The notes below the pieces were generated by a model. That model ran no database searches. It was not told the origin of the DNA and saw nothing but the letters and a program-made list of their open reading frames with translations. From NCBI GenBank assembly GCA_950097015.1, contig CATNEN010000039.1, forward strand, positions 8,184,001 through 8,248,000: a DNA stretch of 64,000 bases, given 5' to 3'. Every line of letters begins with the position of its first letter. Within the stretch, counting starts at the first letter, position 1. Below are positions 13,132-25,096 of the stretch, in pieces. This DNA is from Macrostomum hystrix. Taxonomy: Eukaryota; Animalia; Platyhelminthes. The position numbers and the translations under genes are program-made.

Positions 13132-15330
13132 CTGGCCTGAATCAATACAGACTGGCCTGAATCAATACAGACTGGCCTGAATCAATACAGACTGGCCTGA
13201 ATCAATACAGACTGGCCTGAATCAATACAGACTGGCCTGAATCAATACTGGCTGGTCTGAATAAATACTGACTGGCCTGAATCAATACAGACTGGTCTGA
13301 ATCAATACAGACTGGCCTGAATCAATACAGACTGGCCTGAATCAATACAGACTGGTCTGAATCAATACTGGCGAGGGGCGAGGGGGGTCAGCGGCTAACG
13401 TCGCTGCCTCGCACTCCAAAGGACGCTAGTTCGATTCACCCTTCAGGTCACGATTAATTTCGGTACTTGTTGGGGGGGTTTGGACAGTAGCGACCGGCGG
13501 AGGTGCACCTTATTTCGTGCAATCAAAGCTTGAAAAATAGCTTCGCTCCTACCTTCTGTGTGCCTGTTCTGCGTTGTTTGAGTTTGTGCGTTGGCGCTGG
13601 GGCGTTAGACCTTGCGGGGGGGTGGCTGGGGGGCGGGTGTACACCGCCGCGCGCTCATCTGGATTTCCGTCAGCGCGATTGGATAAAGTGTACACTCGTC
13701 ACCCGCCCCCCCCCTGAGGACTGATTTCTATCAGCCTTCCGCCCCGGCTTGGTCTGCTCTGTGCGTGTGCGGGCCTGGGGTGAGAGGCACTCCGGCTGCC
13801 GCCCCCTTCCCCGCTTGGCTTGCTGCTGTGTGTGTGAGGTGCCTGCTCAGGGGAGGCGGCGCGATGGGCGGCTTTCGCCTAGTTCGCCGGCCTGGGGGCA
13901 TGCCGTTCCTGTGTTTGTGCGTCAAGTGCCCCAGGCCCCCCTGCAAAGTAAGTAAGAATCAATACTGGCTGGTCTGAATAAATACTGACTGGCCTGAATC
14001 AATACAGACTGGCCTGAATCAATACAGACTGGTCTGAATCAATACTGGCTGGTCTGAATAAATACTGACTGGCCTGAATCAATACAGACTGGCCTGAATC
14101 AATACAGACTGGCCTGAATCAATACTGGCTGGTCTGAATAAATACTGACTGGCCTGAATCAATACAGACTGGTCTGAATCAATACAGACTGGCCTGAATC
14201 AATACAGACTGGCCTGAATCAATACAGACTGGTCTGAATCAATACTGGCTGGTCTGAATAAATACTGACTGGCCTGAATCAATACAGACTGGCCTGAATC
14301 AATACAGACTGGTCTGAATAAATACTGACTGGCCTGAATCAATACAGACTGGCCTGAATCAATACAGACTGGCCTGAATCAATACTGGCTGGTCTGAATA
14401 AATACTGACTGGCCTGAATCAATACAGGCTGGTCTGAATCAATACAGACTGGCCTGAATCAATACAGACTGGCCTGAATCAATACAGACTGGTCTGAATC
14501 AATACTGGCTGGTCTGAATAAATACTGACTGGCCTGAATCAATACAGACTGGCCTGAATCAATACAGACTGGCCTGAATCAATACTGGCTGGTCTGAATA
14601 AATACTGACTGGCCTGAATCAATACAGACTGGTCTGAATAAATACTGACTGGCCTGAATCAATACAGACTGGTCTGAATCAATACTGGCTGGTCTGAATA
14701 AATACTGGCTGGTCTGAATAAATACTGACTGGCCTGAATAAATACTGACTGGCCTGAATCAATACAGACTGGCCTGAATCAATACTGGCTGGTCTGAATA
14801 AATACTGACTGGCCTGAATCAATACAGACTGGTCTGAATAAATACTGACTGGCCTGAATCAATACAGACTGGTCTGAATCAATACTGGCTGGTCTGAATA
14901 AATACTGGCTGGTCTGAATAAATACTGACTGGCCTGAATAAATACTGACTGGCCTGAATCAATACAGACTGGCCTGAATCAATACAGACTGGCCTGAATC
15001 AATACTGGCTGGTCTGAATAAATACTGACTGGCCTGAATCAATACAGACTGGTCTGAATAAATACTGACTGGCCTGAATCAATACAGACTGGCCTGAATC
15101 AATACAGACTGGCCTGAATCAATACTAACTTGCCTGAATCAATACTGACTGGCCTGAATTAATGCTGACTGGCCTGAATTAATGCTGACTGGCCTGAATT
15201 AATGCTGACTGGCCTGAATTAATGCTGACTGGCCTGAATTTATGCTGGCTGGCCTGAATCAATACTAGCTGGCCTGAATTAATGCTGACTGGCCTGAATC
15301 AATACTAGCTGGCCTGAATTAATGCTGACT
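13132..15330. repeat. 20-bp satellite (CTGGCCTGAATCAATACAGA) interrupted by a SINE
   Basis: Direct tandem repeats on both sides of the insertion. Confidence 0.95.
13372..13955 (+). mobile_element. tRNA-derived SINE, family B (~580 bp)
   Basis: Pol III-like head with B box GTTCGATTC, (AAGT)n tail, flanked by a 13-14-bp duplication GAATCAATACTGG(C). Confidence 0.8.
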
Positions 15331-15620
15331 AGACCCTCGTATAAATTAAAAATACGGCAAAAGAGCTGAACAGCATATTGGAAGCAGAAGAGCGAAAATT
15401 TCTATTTCATCTGGGCAGAGACATCAACCCCTAGTAGATAATAAAAAGTCTGCACTGAGTTTTGGCCATAGACAATTCGACATCGTCGTTAAACTCACAG
15501 TCTTGTCCAACACGTTCCAAGGCGTTCATATCAACGGCTATTTTTTCCGCGATCCAAGCCCAATACTTAAAAACAATAGTCACTAATTGGAGTCATCTCA
15601 AAGTGAGCAGAAAGTGGGCC

Positions 15621-15866
15621 ATGATTTGGATCTCTGCGCTGCTGGGCGCCCTACAGGCCGCGTGCCACATCGCGCTGCTGATTCTATCGTTATTCCTGAT
15701 CATATTTATCCACTCGCGGCTGTACGAGTCCCGCAGCGACTTCTTTCCAGAAGTGCCACCGGAAAGAATCTGCTTCCGCTGCGGCGGCGAGGTGCAGAAG
15801 GTCTGGCCCAGCCTCTACATCCGGCGCGACGAGCTGGTCAGAAACAACGTGGACCTAACCATGTGA
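15621..15866 (+). CDS. Putative small single-pass membrane protein (81 aa), unknown function
   Basis: ATG-initiated, GC-rich coding-like island in AT-rich DNA; hydrophobic N-terminus and a CFRC motif. No recognised homology. Confidence 0.4.
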   Translation: MIWISALLGALQAACHIALLILSLFLIIFIHSRLYESRSDFFPEVPPERICFRCGGEVQKVWPSLYIRRDELVRNNVDLTM

Positions 15867-16072
15867 TGGCACAGCTGACGAGACTAATGCGACCGATGTA
15901 GCATTTACGGTATGCAATTTTCTACTTTTAGACTACTGGTCAGTACGATAATGCTGCTAATTTGTGCATTAAGCGAATTTCAAAATTACCTGGCAGTATT
16001 TATCCCATTTTAATTAATATAATAAATTTATGCTGCATAATAACAGACTAAAAAATAATTTGCTTTATTATT

Positions 16073-16560
16073 GTCTCATTTTGTCTTATCTTCGTGTCTC
16101 ATCTCTCCCGTGTCTTATCTCTCCCGTGTCTCATCTCTCCCGTGCCTCACCTCTCTCGTGTCTTATCTCTCCCGCGTCTCATCTCCCCCGTGTCTCATCT
16201 CCCCCGCGTCTCATCTCTCCCGCGTCTCATCACTCCCGCGTCTCATCTCCCCCGCGTCTCATCTCTCCCGCGTCTCATCACTCCCGCGTCTCATCTCTCC
16301 CGGTCTCATCTCTCCCGTGTCTCATCTCTCCCGCGTCTCATCTCTCCCGCGTCTCATCTCTCCCGTGTCTCATCTCTCCCGTGTCTCATCTCTCCCGCGT
16401 CTCATCTCTCCCGTGTCTCATCTCCCCCGCGTCTCATCTCTTCCGTGTCTCATCTCTCCCGCGTCTCATCACTCCCGTGTCTCATCTCTCCCGTGTCTCA
16501 TCTCTCCCGTGTCTCATCTCTCCCGTGTCTCATCTCTCTCGTGTCTCATATTTCTCTGTC
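16073..16560. repeat. 16-bp minisatellite (TCTCATCTCTCCCG(C/T)G)
   Basis: Direct tandem repeats. Confidence 0.95.
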
Positions 16561-17127
16561 ACATCTCCACTGTGGATCTCATCTATCGCATGGACATCCA
16601 CACGGATTTATGACAGAAGGTCGGTGCACACTCTCACTGTTATTTTTTGGTTGGTCCTCAGGGGCATATAATGGACGGCAAGACATTGCTTAATCAATTA
16701 TTTTTACAATGTGTTTTCTTTTGCTTTGCTATTGTCTTATTGTTTTCTTCAAATCGATTATCTTTAGGATAGATTTTTTATTTTCTACGCAAATAAGTAT
16801 TTTACGAGCTTTTATAGAGATTAAAAAATCAATTACAAATAGAATTACATTTTCTGTAAAAGCACCTAAACGAAAAAGAAGAATTTAGTTATCTTGGTCA
16901 CAAAACGGAAGTATTAGAAGTACATTAACACCTGCGCGACCAACAAATTTTATTTTTATTGATTGCTAGAATACTATTTTGGGAGATACAGAATAAAATT
17001 TAAATTTGGCCAATGAAGTGCCCATGGTCCTTCTGTTAATCACCTGATTTAGATCTCTCGTTTGTGCCCATTGTTCTTAATTAAACCGGGCGGATTAGTT
17101 AAAAAATTGCCGAGCAAACTGCAAGTT

Positions 17128-18822
17128 TCAAGCACTGCCTGGTCCTTCAAATCCCATCTTCGGGTAGGCATTGACACTGCCAGCCGCCGACAAGGCAGCA
17201 TTTCGCAGGTACCAGCGCCTCATTAGCAAGCGAACGAAGAACAGCGTCCAGAAGAGCAGCTTCAGGCTGACCAGAATGACTGGGATCAGGACCTCGAGGC
17301 GAATGGTTGAATAGCCGGGCACCGGGTAGAAGACGCCTGTTCCGCCAGGTGGCATGGAGCAGATGAAGTCGCGCTGTGCCTGACAGTCCGTCATGAACAC
17401 GGCATAAGAGTCAGGCCGGCTGCTCATGGAGGTGTCCATCACAGTGGCGCAGCGCTCCTCACTCAGGCAGCTTGAGTAGTCGCCGTGGGAGTTGCAGCTG
17501 AATTCTCCGATGCTGAATTTAGGGAGTTAAATAGAACGGGCATTGTGTATGGACGCACTGGCATTGTAGGTAAATATCTACATTAATAAGCATTACATTA
17601 ATTAGTGGCAGAAAACTCTGGCTATTTCGTTTCCTAGTTCGACACCCACTGGAGACAAGTTCCTAACTCAAACAAGATAATTAGCAACTTCTATACTACC
17701 ATATTTAAACAAATTTTATTTTATTATGCTTTTGCAACATTTTTTTATTTAATGCCGCAAGTATATATTTCTTCATTACAAATAATTTACAGGCCTGTAA
17801 TAATAATGATGATTACAGGAGGGCTGCGGGCAATGACACATAGTTTGGTGACACCAGACCCGCAGCCAGCGAGGAGGCAATTCTGCCCATTCCGCTGACT
17901 CCTGAGCACACACTCACAGATACTGTACGCAGACACACGCTCACACAGGTGTTTACATCTGCCTTGACTTTCTCATCGTCACTGTGCCTTCGAGGTTGGC
18001 CCGTAGGGGCGTAAATTTTACTACAAGCCCTTAATATCTGAGGCTGCGCCACAAAAAATGTCTCAGGGACTTTGGTGCGAGAGGCAAACGCGATAGACCG
18101 TTTTAAAAAACTTGCCTGTCCTCAGATCGGCCGTCCATCCACTTTGGCGAGAAGCGACTCTCCAAATCCGTCAGTCCCGCCCAAGAGAAAGTCCAGGTGA
18201 ATGGCAGGCTGCGAACTAGAGCCCTGATGCTGCCATTGTAGCCAGGTGGCCGCTGCATGAGGTTGGCCCGCAGGCTGTTGCAGGCCCTCTGAGCACCGCC
18301 GAAGTCCAGGAAGCCGCTGGTGCGGCTGGTGCCGTAGCAGGATCCGTTGAAACTCGTCCAGCCGGGCGGGCAGCCGTCGGAGCCGAAGCTGCGAACTCGC
18401 AGAGTGACACCGGAACTGAGCGACGGGTCGCCGTTGGCGTCGAAGCGGACCTTCAGCGATTTAGAGGGCGTTACCAGACTGGACTCAAACTTTCGCAGGC
18501 TGGATCCATGGAACAGTACCTTGCCGTCTGAGCTGACGGTGAGTACACCTGTGCTCACGCTGAACGACTCGATCTCGACTAGAAAGGCCGACGTGTCGGA
18601 GATGGCGTTAAACTCGCACCTGAGACTACTTGAGTAGCTCATAGCGTTAGATCGGGTTCTTGTTGTCAACACGAAGTCGCTTTGTCCAGACACAGTCGTC
18701 GCAGCGACTGGATCGTCACAGAAATACTGCGTCCTCTGATGCTGATGATGGTGATGATGATGGTGCTGGCCATAGCTGGCCTCTGCTAGCAATAGACAGC
18801 TCAGCAAGATTATCTTGAGCAT
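17128..18822 (-). CDS. Type I membrane protein with CUB-like and C-type lectin domains
   Basis: Exons 18822-18116 and 17512-17128 join in frame via a GC-AG intron. Signal peptide, His tract, CUB-like region (LRCEF...LKVRF), CTL motifs (CPPGWTSFNGSCY, AQRAC, WAGL, FIC) and a C-terminal TM helix. Confidence 0.8.
17797..18101 (-). mobile_element. SINE family A copy (internally deleted head)
   Basis: Similar to 51321-51689; has an (ATT)n tail. Confidence 0.85.
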
Positions 18823-19064
18823 GGCTTTTCGGCAAATGAGTCTAATCTTTAGAATAGTTGTTGGTGAATAACGATAACGGGGCCTAAGATTTATACAGCT
18901 ACAGTTGCGCTTTGATAAAACTGTACGCTTGTACTTATCAGCATTTTCCAAAAAAGTAGGCAAATAACTGTAATGTTCTTAGCCTTTCGATCGCCGAGTC
19001 ATTGCTAAACCAAAATTGGTTCTTTAGATTAGGTTTGACTCAATTTAACAGCTATTCTTTGGGT

Positions 19065-19985
19065 TAGCTGTGAAGGCTGATCAATTCATTGACTGTGAGG
19101 ACGGCATATGCCCACCCTCAAATACCCCAGCTAACGCTGGTACCCATTTAACAGCTTGGTGAACTGAAGCAATGTTGATTTAATTGTCTAGCACAGGGGT
19201 CGGCAACCTCCGGCCCGCGGGCCAGATGCGGCCCTCGAAGCTCCCAAATCCGGCCCTTAGCTCCTCCTAACACCTACTCTACAGTACACCCAATCTCATC
19301 TCATCTCTCCCCTGTCTCATCTCTCCCCTGTCTCACCTCTCTCCTGTCTCATCTCTCCCCTGTCTCACCTTTCCCCTGTCTCATCTCTCCCCTGTCTCAC
19401 CTCTCCTCTGTCTCACCTCTCTCCTGTCTTATCTCTCCCCTGTCTCACCTTTCCCCTGTCTCACCTCTCCCCTGTCTCACCTCTCCTCTGTCTCACCTCT
19501 CTCCTGTCTTATCTCTCCCCTGTCTCACCTCTCTCCTGTCTCACCTCTCCCCTGTCTCACCTCTCTCCTGTCTCACCTCTCTCCTGTCTTATCTCTCCCG
19601 TCTCATCTCTCCCCTGTCTCACCTCTCTCCTGTCTCACATCTCTCCTGTCTCACCTCTCTCCTGTCTTATCACTCCCCTGTCTCACCTCTCCTGTCTCAC
19701 CTCTCTCCTGTCTCATCTCTCCCCGGTCTCATCTATCTCCCCTGTCTCATCTCTCCCCTGTCTGATCTATCACCTGTCTCATCTCTCACCTGTCTGATCT
19801 CTCATGTGTCTAATCTCTCCCCTTTCTTCATGCGGCCCGCCGTCGTCTTTAAGATTCTCTCTTTAGCCCGCGGGGTAAGGTTGCCGACCCCTGTCTAGCA
19901 ATACGACAAAAATTGTTATAGTGGAATAGTGAATCGAACTCCCGACCTTCAAGTTGTCAGTCTGTCGCTCTAACCTCTATAGATA
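19065..19985 (-). mobile_element. SINE family C (tRNA head plus Nin/Deu-like core) split by a hAT MITE
   Basis: Head (GTTAGAGC...GAGTTCGATTC) at ~19900-19980; core CAGTTCACCAAGCTGTTAAATGGGTACCAGC at ~19135-19170. Confidence 0.75.
19194..19893. mobile_element. Non-autonomous hAT (Charlie-like) MITE carrying a 16-bp minisatellite
   Basis: TIRs CAGGGGTCGGCAACCT / AGGTTGCCGACCCCTG, subterminal GGCCCG motifs, TSD (G)TCTAGCA. Confidence 0.85.
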
Positions 19986-20033
19986 CCAAGATAGTCACAG
20001 TGGTCACAGTCATAGTCATAGTCACAGTCTAGT

Positions 20034-23000
20034 CACAGTGGCGACTAGACTGAAACGATCCTGCGCAAATGAGTAGTGCAAGTGCACTAGGGCTTGTCGG
20101 CCCATACGAAGAAGGCTCTGAGCCGTGGCATATGTACCAAGCAAGGTTAGAACAATATTTTGTTGCCAATGACGCCACCCAGAAGTGCTACAAGTGCTCA
20201 AAGACCGGCCACACTGCGGCTGCCTGCAAATCCCAGTCGAAGGACGATAGAAGAGAGGCTCTGCAGATGCAGGACGGCGAGGAAAAAGACAGCTGCGAGG
20301 AGGAAACGGCCCACTCTCTGTACCAGCTGTCCGGCAAGAGGGTATCGAAGGTGCCGCCAATTACAACGATGGTGCGCATCAATGGCCGACCTGTTGTCAT
20401 GGAAGTGGACACTGGAGCCTCCGTGTCCCTTGTATCCTCGAAGACCTACAGGACCGTGCTCAACTCGCAGCCAGCACTGCAGCCTGCGTCCGTGCAGCTG
20501 CGAACATACTCCGGTGAGAAAGTGCCAATTGAAGGCTGCATCTGTGTTGCGGTGGAAGCTGCTGAATCACCGCCAAAGACACTCAGCCTCCTTGTGGTTG
20601 CCGGCTGCGGATCCGACCTGCTCGGAAGAGACTGGCTGTCCGAGTTGCGGCTCGACTGGAGATCAATCAAGCAGGTGGCAGCTGCTCTTGAGGTGTCGCC
20701 CAGACTACAGCAGCTGCTCGACAAGTACAGCGATGTTTTTTTGCCTGAGCTAGGGAAGTACAACGGACCGCCAGTGAGTTTGAATATGAGACCCGATGCT
20801 CAACCTCGCTTTATGAAGGCCAGGAATCTTCCCTTTGCTTTGAAGGACAAGGTGGAGAGCCAACTGAACCGCGAGATCGAACAAGGAATCCTGGTGCCCG
20901 TGCAGCACTCCGAGTACGCATCGCCGGTGGTGCCAGTGCTCAAGTCCGACGGCTCTGTGAGGGTCTGCGCCGACTTCAAGCAGACCGTCAACCCGAACGT
21001 GGAGCCCGACTCGTATCCTCTGCCGCGGATTGAAGAGCTGTTTGCGAAGCTGACTGGTGGGCGGCTCTTCACTAAGCTCGACTTGTCACAGGCGTACATG
21101 CAGCTGCCACTCGATGAGGCCTCCCAGAGGGTGTGCACAATCAACACTCATAAAGGGCTGCTTAGGTATACGCGGCTGCCCTTCGGTGTCTCGCCAGCGG
21201 TCGGAATTTTTCAGCGCCGGATGGACTGCTTGCTGCAAGGAATCACCAACACCGCCTGCTTCATCGATGACCTCATCATCACCGGGAAGGACGACAGCAG
21301 TCATCTGAACTCCCTGGAGCAGGTTCTGGAGAAGCTGAGCCAGAGCGGCCTCCGGTGCAAGCTGGAGAAGTGCCAGTTCATGCAGACGAGCATCAGTTAT
21401 CTCGGTCACCGCATCGATGCCGACGGCCTGCACCCGATCAAAGCCAAGGTCGAGGCAATTGTCAGCGCTCCAGCTCCCAAGGACGCAACTCAGCTGCGCA
21501 GTTTCCTAGGCATGGTAAACTACTATGGCAAGTTCTGCCTAAATTGTCTCAAGTCCTGGCTCCGCTGCACCTGCTGCTGCGCGAGCAACACCGCTGGAAC
21601 TGGGGCGCTGCTCAGAACGCCGCTTTCGAGAAGTGCAAGACACTGCTGTCCTCGGCTCCGGTATTGGCGCACTTTGACCCGAGCAAAGACCTGCTGCTCG
21701 AGTGCGACGCGTCCCCCTACGGTCTGGGGGCGGTCATCAGCCACAGGATCGATGGAGCTGTCCGGCCTGTGGCCTTTGCCTCGCGTACGTTGCACGACGC
21801 TGAGAAAAACTACTCACAGCTCGAGAAGGAAGCCCTCGCGATAGTGTTTGCCGTTAAGAAGTTCAACGCGTACCTGTTCGGCCGCCCATTTCTGCTGGTG
21901 AGTGACCACAAACCTCTGCTTGGATTGCTGGCTGAGAACAAGGCCGTGCCGACCCTGGCATCCGGAAGAATTCAGAGGTGGGCTCTGCTGCTGTCTGGCT
22001 ATAACTACCGCATGGTTCACCGAGCCGGAGCCTCACTGCTGTGCGCCGATGCCTTGAGTCGCCTGCCGCTGCCCGACAAGCCGGCGACTGTCCCGAAGCT
22101 GGCAGAGCTGGTCATGCTGATGGACCACCTGGATGATGGACCTGTCACGGCAGCTCAGATACGCGGCCTGACTCGAAGGGATCCTACGCTTGCCCGAGCT
22201 CTGCACTTCACGCAGATTGGCTGGCCAGAGCGGGTCAGTGACGATCTGCTGCCATACTCCAAGAGAGCGGCTGAGCTCAGTGCGCAAGACGGCTGTCTCC
22301 TGTGGGGCGCTCGAGTGGTGGTCCCGGTTGGAGCGCGAGCTGCTCTGCTCCAGGTGCTGCATCAAGGTCATGCGGGGGCGTCTCGCATGAAGACGTTAGC
22401 CCGGGGTTATTTCTGGTGGCCAGGATTAGACTCGGAGATTGAAAACCTGTCCAAGGCCTGCGCTGACTGTCAGGAGTTGCAGAACGCCCCGGCGCCTTCG
22501 CCAATGTTGTCGTGGCCGTGGCCTGACCGACCGTGGTCTCGAGTGCATATCGACTATGCGGGTCCGGTGTCTGGCAGGATGCTGCTGGTCGTCGTCGATG
22601 CCCACTCAAAGTGGCTGGATGTGCATGTGGTGTCGTCAGCGACCTCAGCTGTCACCATCCAGAAACTCCGCTCCAGCTTCGCGACGCACGGGTTGCCAGA
22701 TGTGCTGGTGTCGGACAATGGGCCCAACTTGGTCAGCGAGGAGATGTCCGACTTTCTGCGGAAGAACGGCATTCAACACGTGCGCGTTGCCCCCTACCAT
22801 CCGGCGTCCAACAGCCTGGCGGAACGAGCTGTCCAGACGCTGAAGCGGTCCCTGGAGAAGCAGCGCGAAGGCTCCTTGGAGGATAAGGTCGCCCGGTTCC
22901 TGCTGAGCTATCGGGTCACTCCGCATGCGACAACTGGTGTGGCTCCCTGCGAACTCCTGATGGGACGGCGACTGTGTACGTTGCTAGATCGAGCTCGGCC

Positions 23001-23859
23001 AGACCTGGGAGCAAGAGTACAGCGTAAGCAAAGTCTGCAAAAAGAGCACCACGACTGCAAAGCTCGATCCCGGACTTTCGAGACTGGGGACGCTGTACTG
23101 GCCAGAGACTTTGGAGCCAACGGAGGTCGGTGGAAGCCGGCGCGAGTTGTCGGTGCCGCCGGTCCGGCCTCCTACCTGTGCGGCTTCGATGGCGACGACC
23201 AGTGGTGCGGCGGCATCCTGAGCAGCCGCGGCCTACCGGAGCTGGCGTGACAGACGGTGCTGCCGACGCCAAGGCCGCACCTGAGCCTGAAGCTGCGATG
23301 CCGGCCGTGGACGAGCCGCCTGATCTGGCTGCTCCTGGAGACCCTGAGATCGACGGGTCTCTGCGCCGATCGTCGCGAGTTCGACGTCCCCCGGAGCGCC
23401 TGAGCTACGGGTGACGTCATCTGTGGAAGAGACTGTTTTGATTGACTGTAGTGTTCGGACGATTAATTTCAGATTTGGTACTTTGTTATGGTTATGGGTT
23501 ATTTTCCATTATATGGTTGTGTCGTTGCTTTTCTGTCTTGCGTTGTGTAGTTTTGGTGCTGGTTAATTAGTATTTGTTATTAGGTTAATTATTGTGTTAT
23601 TGTGCCTCACTATAAAATGCGTTGTTCTATTGTATTCTCTTGCGATCCCTGATCCTCATGTAGATGGGGAGGGATGTGATAGCGTGGGTCTGCTCAGTTG
23701 TTCCGCTCAGAGTAATGTACAGTGCAGGTGTACACCTGCACGCGCGCGTGTGATTGGCTGACACTTTGTCAGACAGCCTTTATTGTTGGCCAGCTATAAA
23801 GTTAAATAAAAGCCTCTGCCATTGGGGGGACTTACCCCCCCCGAAGTGGAGTTTTCACA
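20034..23859 (+). mobile_element. Degenerate Ty3/gypsy (Mag-like) LTR retrotransposon
   Basis: PBS-like TGGCGAC at 20039; gag internally deleted; protease VDTGA, RT FIDD, RNase H and integrase present; frameshift near 21540. PPT at 23663-23674 and 3' LTR at ~23675-23859; the 5' LTR is absent. Confidence 0.92.
20069..23250 (+). pseudogene. Frameshifted gag-pol of gypsy element
   Basis: ORFs 20069-21844 and 21355-23250 form one pol joined by a frameshift. Confidence 0.88.
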
Positions 23860-23968
23860 CGTACACTTTGTCCCAATTGCCAATAAAGAAAGTGCCTGAA
23901 AAGATATGTATGTCTTTAGTCTATGGCCGATTTTATCTGACCGGCCCAAAGAAATGACTCATCCAATG

Positions 23969-24016
23969 AAAGGACTTCTATATAATAACATCTATGCTAT
24001 TATATAGAAGTCCTTG
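23969..24016. mobile_element. 48-bp palindromic mini-MITE with 8-bp TSD
   Basis: AAAGGACTTCTATATAATA...TATTATATAGAAGTCCTTG flanked on both sides by ATCCAATG. Confidence 0.7.
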
Positions 24017-25096
24017 ATCCAATGGGTGGTTGAAGTCCCATTTCAGCATTATGGGTGTAGCGCGCGCGAGTGTCTATGGCTTCTCTCCACCGATAGCGCA
24101 CGAGAAAGACCATGCTATCCCTGGCGAATCAATATTGGTAAATATAGTACATAGTACATAGTACATAGTACTTCATATAATACCTAACAATATAATCACT
24201 GCAATATAATCAGCTAAAACAGCCGACATTGTTGCATGTTGAAATTTTGTAAGCAAAACTAATTCTGATATTAGTAGACTTTTCCACCAGACACCAAGAC
24301 GATCGGGAATCGTTGAATATCTCAACGATGCCGATGTTTTGAGATTCTGGAAGTTTGCTTCATCGGATAGAGCAAATCATTTTTAGCTCATTTTCTGGAC
24401 TTTCATAGCTACTTTAAGAGATTTAGAAAATAAAGGTAAATGGGGCTAATTTGAAATATCCCCATTGATCATTTAAATACTTTTGCTGATGAAAATATGT
24501 CGCAGAAACCCTAAAAAGTTTAAGATTATTAATGAATTCTGCTGCTGACTTGTACTTCAAAAATCCTCATCAATACAGTCAAAACCGTACAGAATTGCTT
24601 TCCCAAGGCTTAAAACAGAACTTAGTCCACCAGAGCTAATAAAGAAAGATGAAGGAGTGAAAATGCATGGTTTCCATAGCAACCAAAAACACAACCCCGC
24701 CAAGATGAGATGGATGAGAAACACTCTCCAGCAATACCCATGTTTTGCATTTTTTTCTGAGTAAAAGAAGAAAAAGTTAATGACTTAGCGAACCCAAGTA
24801 GAGCTGCTTCAGCATTGCCACAGTGCTAAGTTATAAGCCTGCCTGCTTTTGTTCTCGTGTGAACAGAGTTAAACAGAGTCTGAAAAAAGACAAATTTTTA
24901 CCGCTTTGCAAAAAGCTTCATTTCTATAGAGACGGAAAAATCATTGGAATAAATACCTGGAATAAATAGTGTTTTCTTGACAGTTTTTTTAACTTGCATC
25001 AGACAACACGCATTGCTTTCTGGCGAGATCAGCGTGAATCACAATAATGTTGCCAGGTAAGGTTGTCTCTAATGATTGTCTGTTCTGAATCGTACC

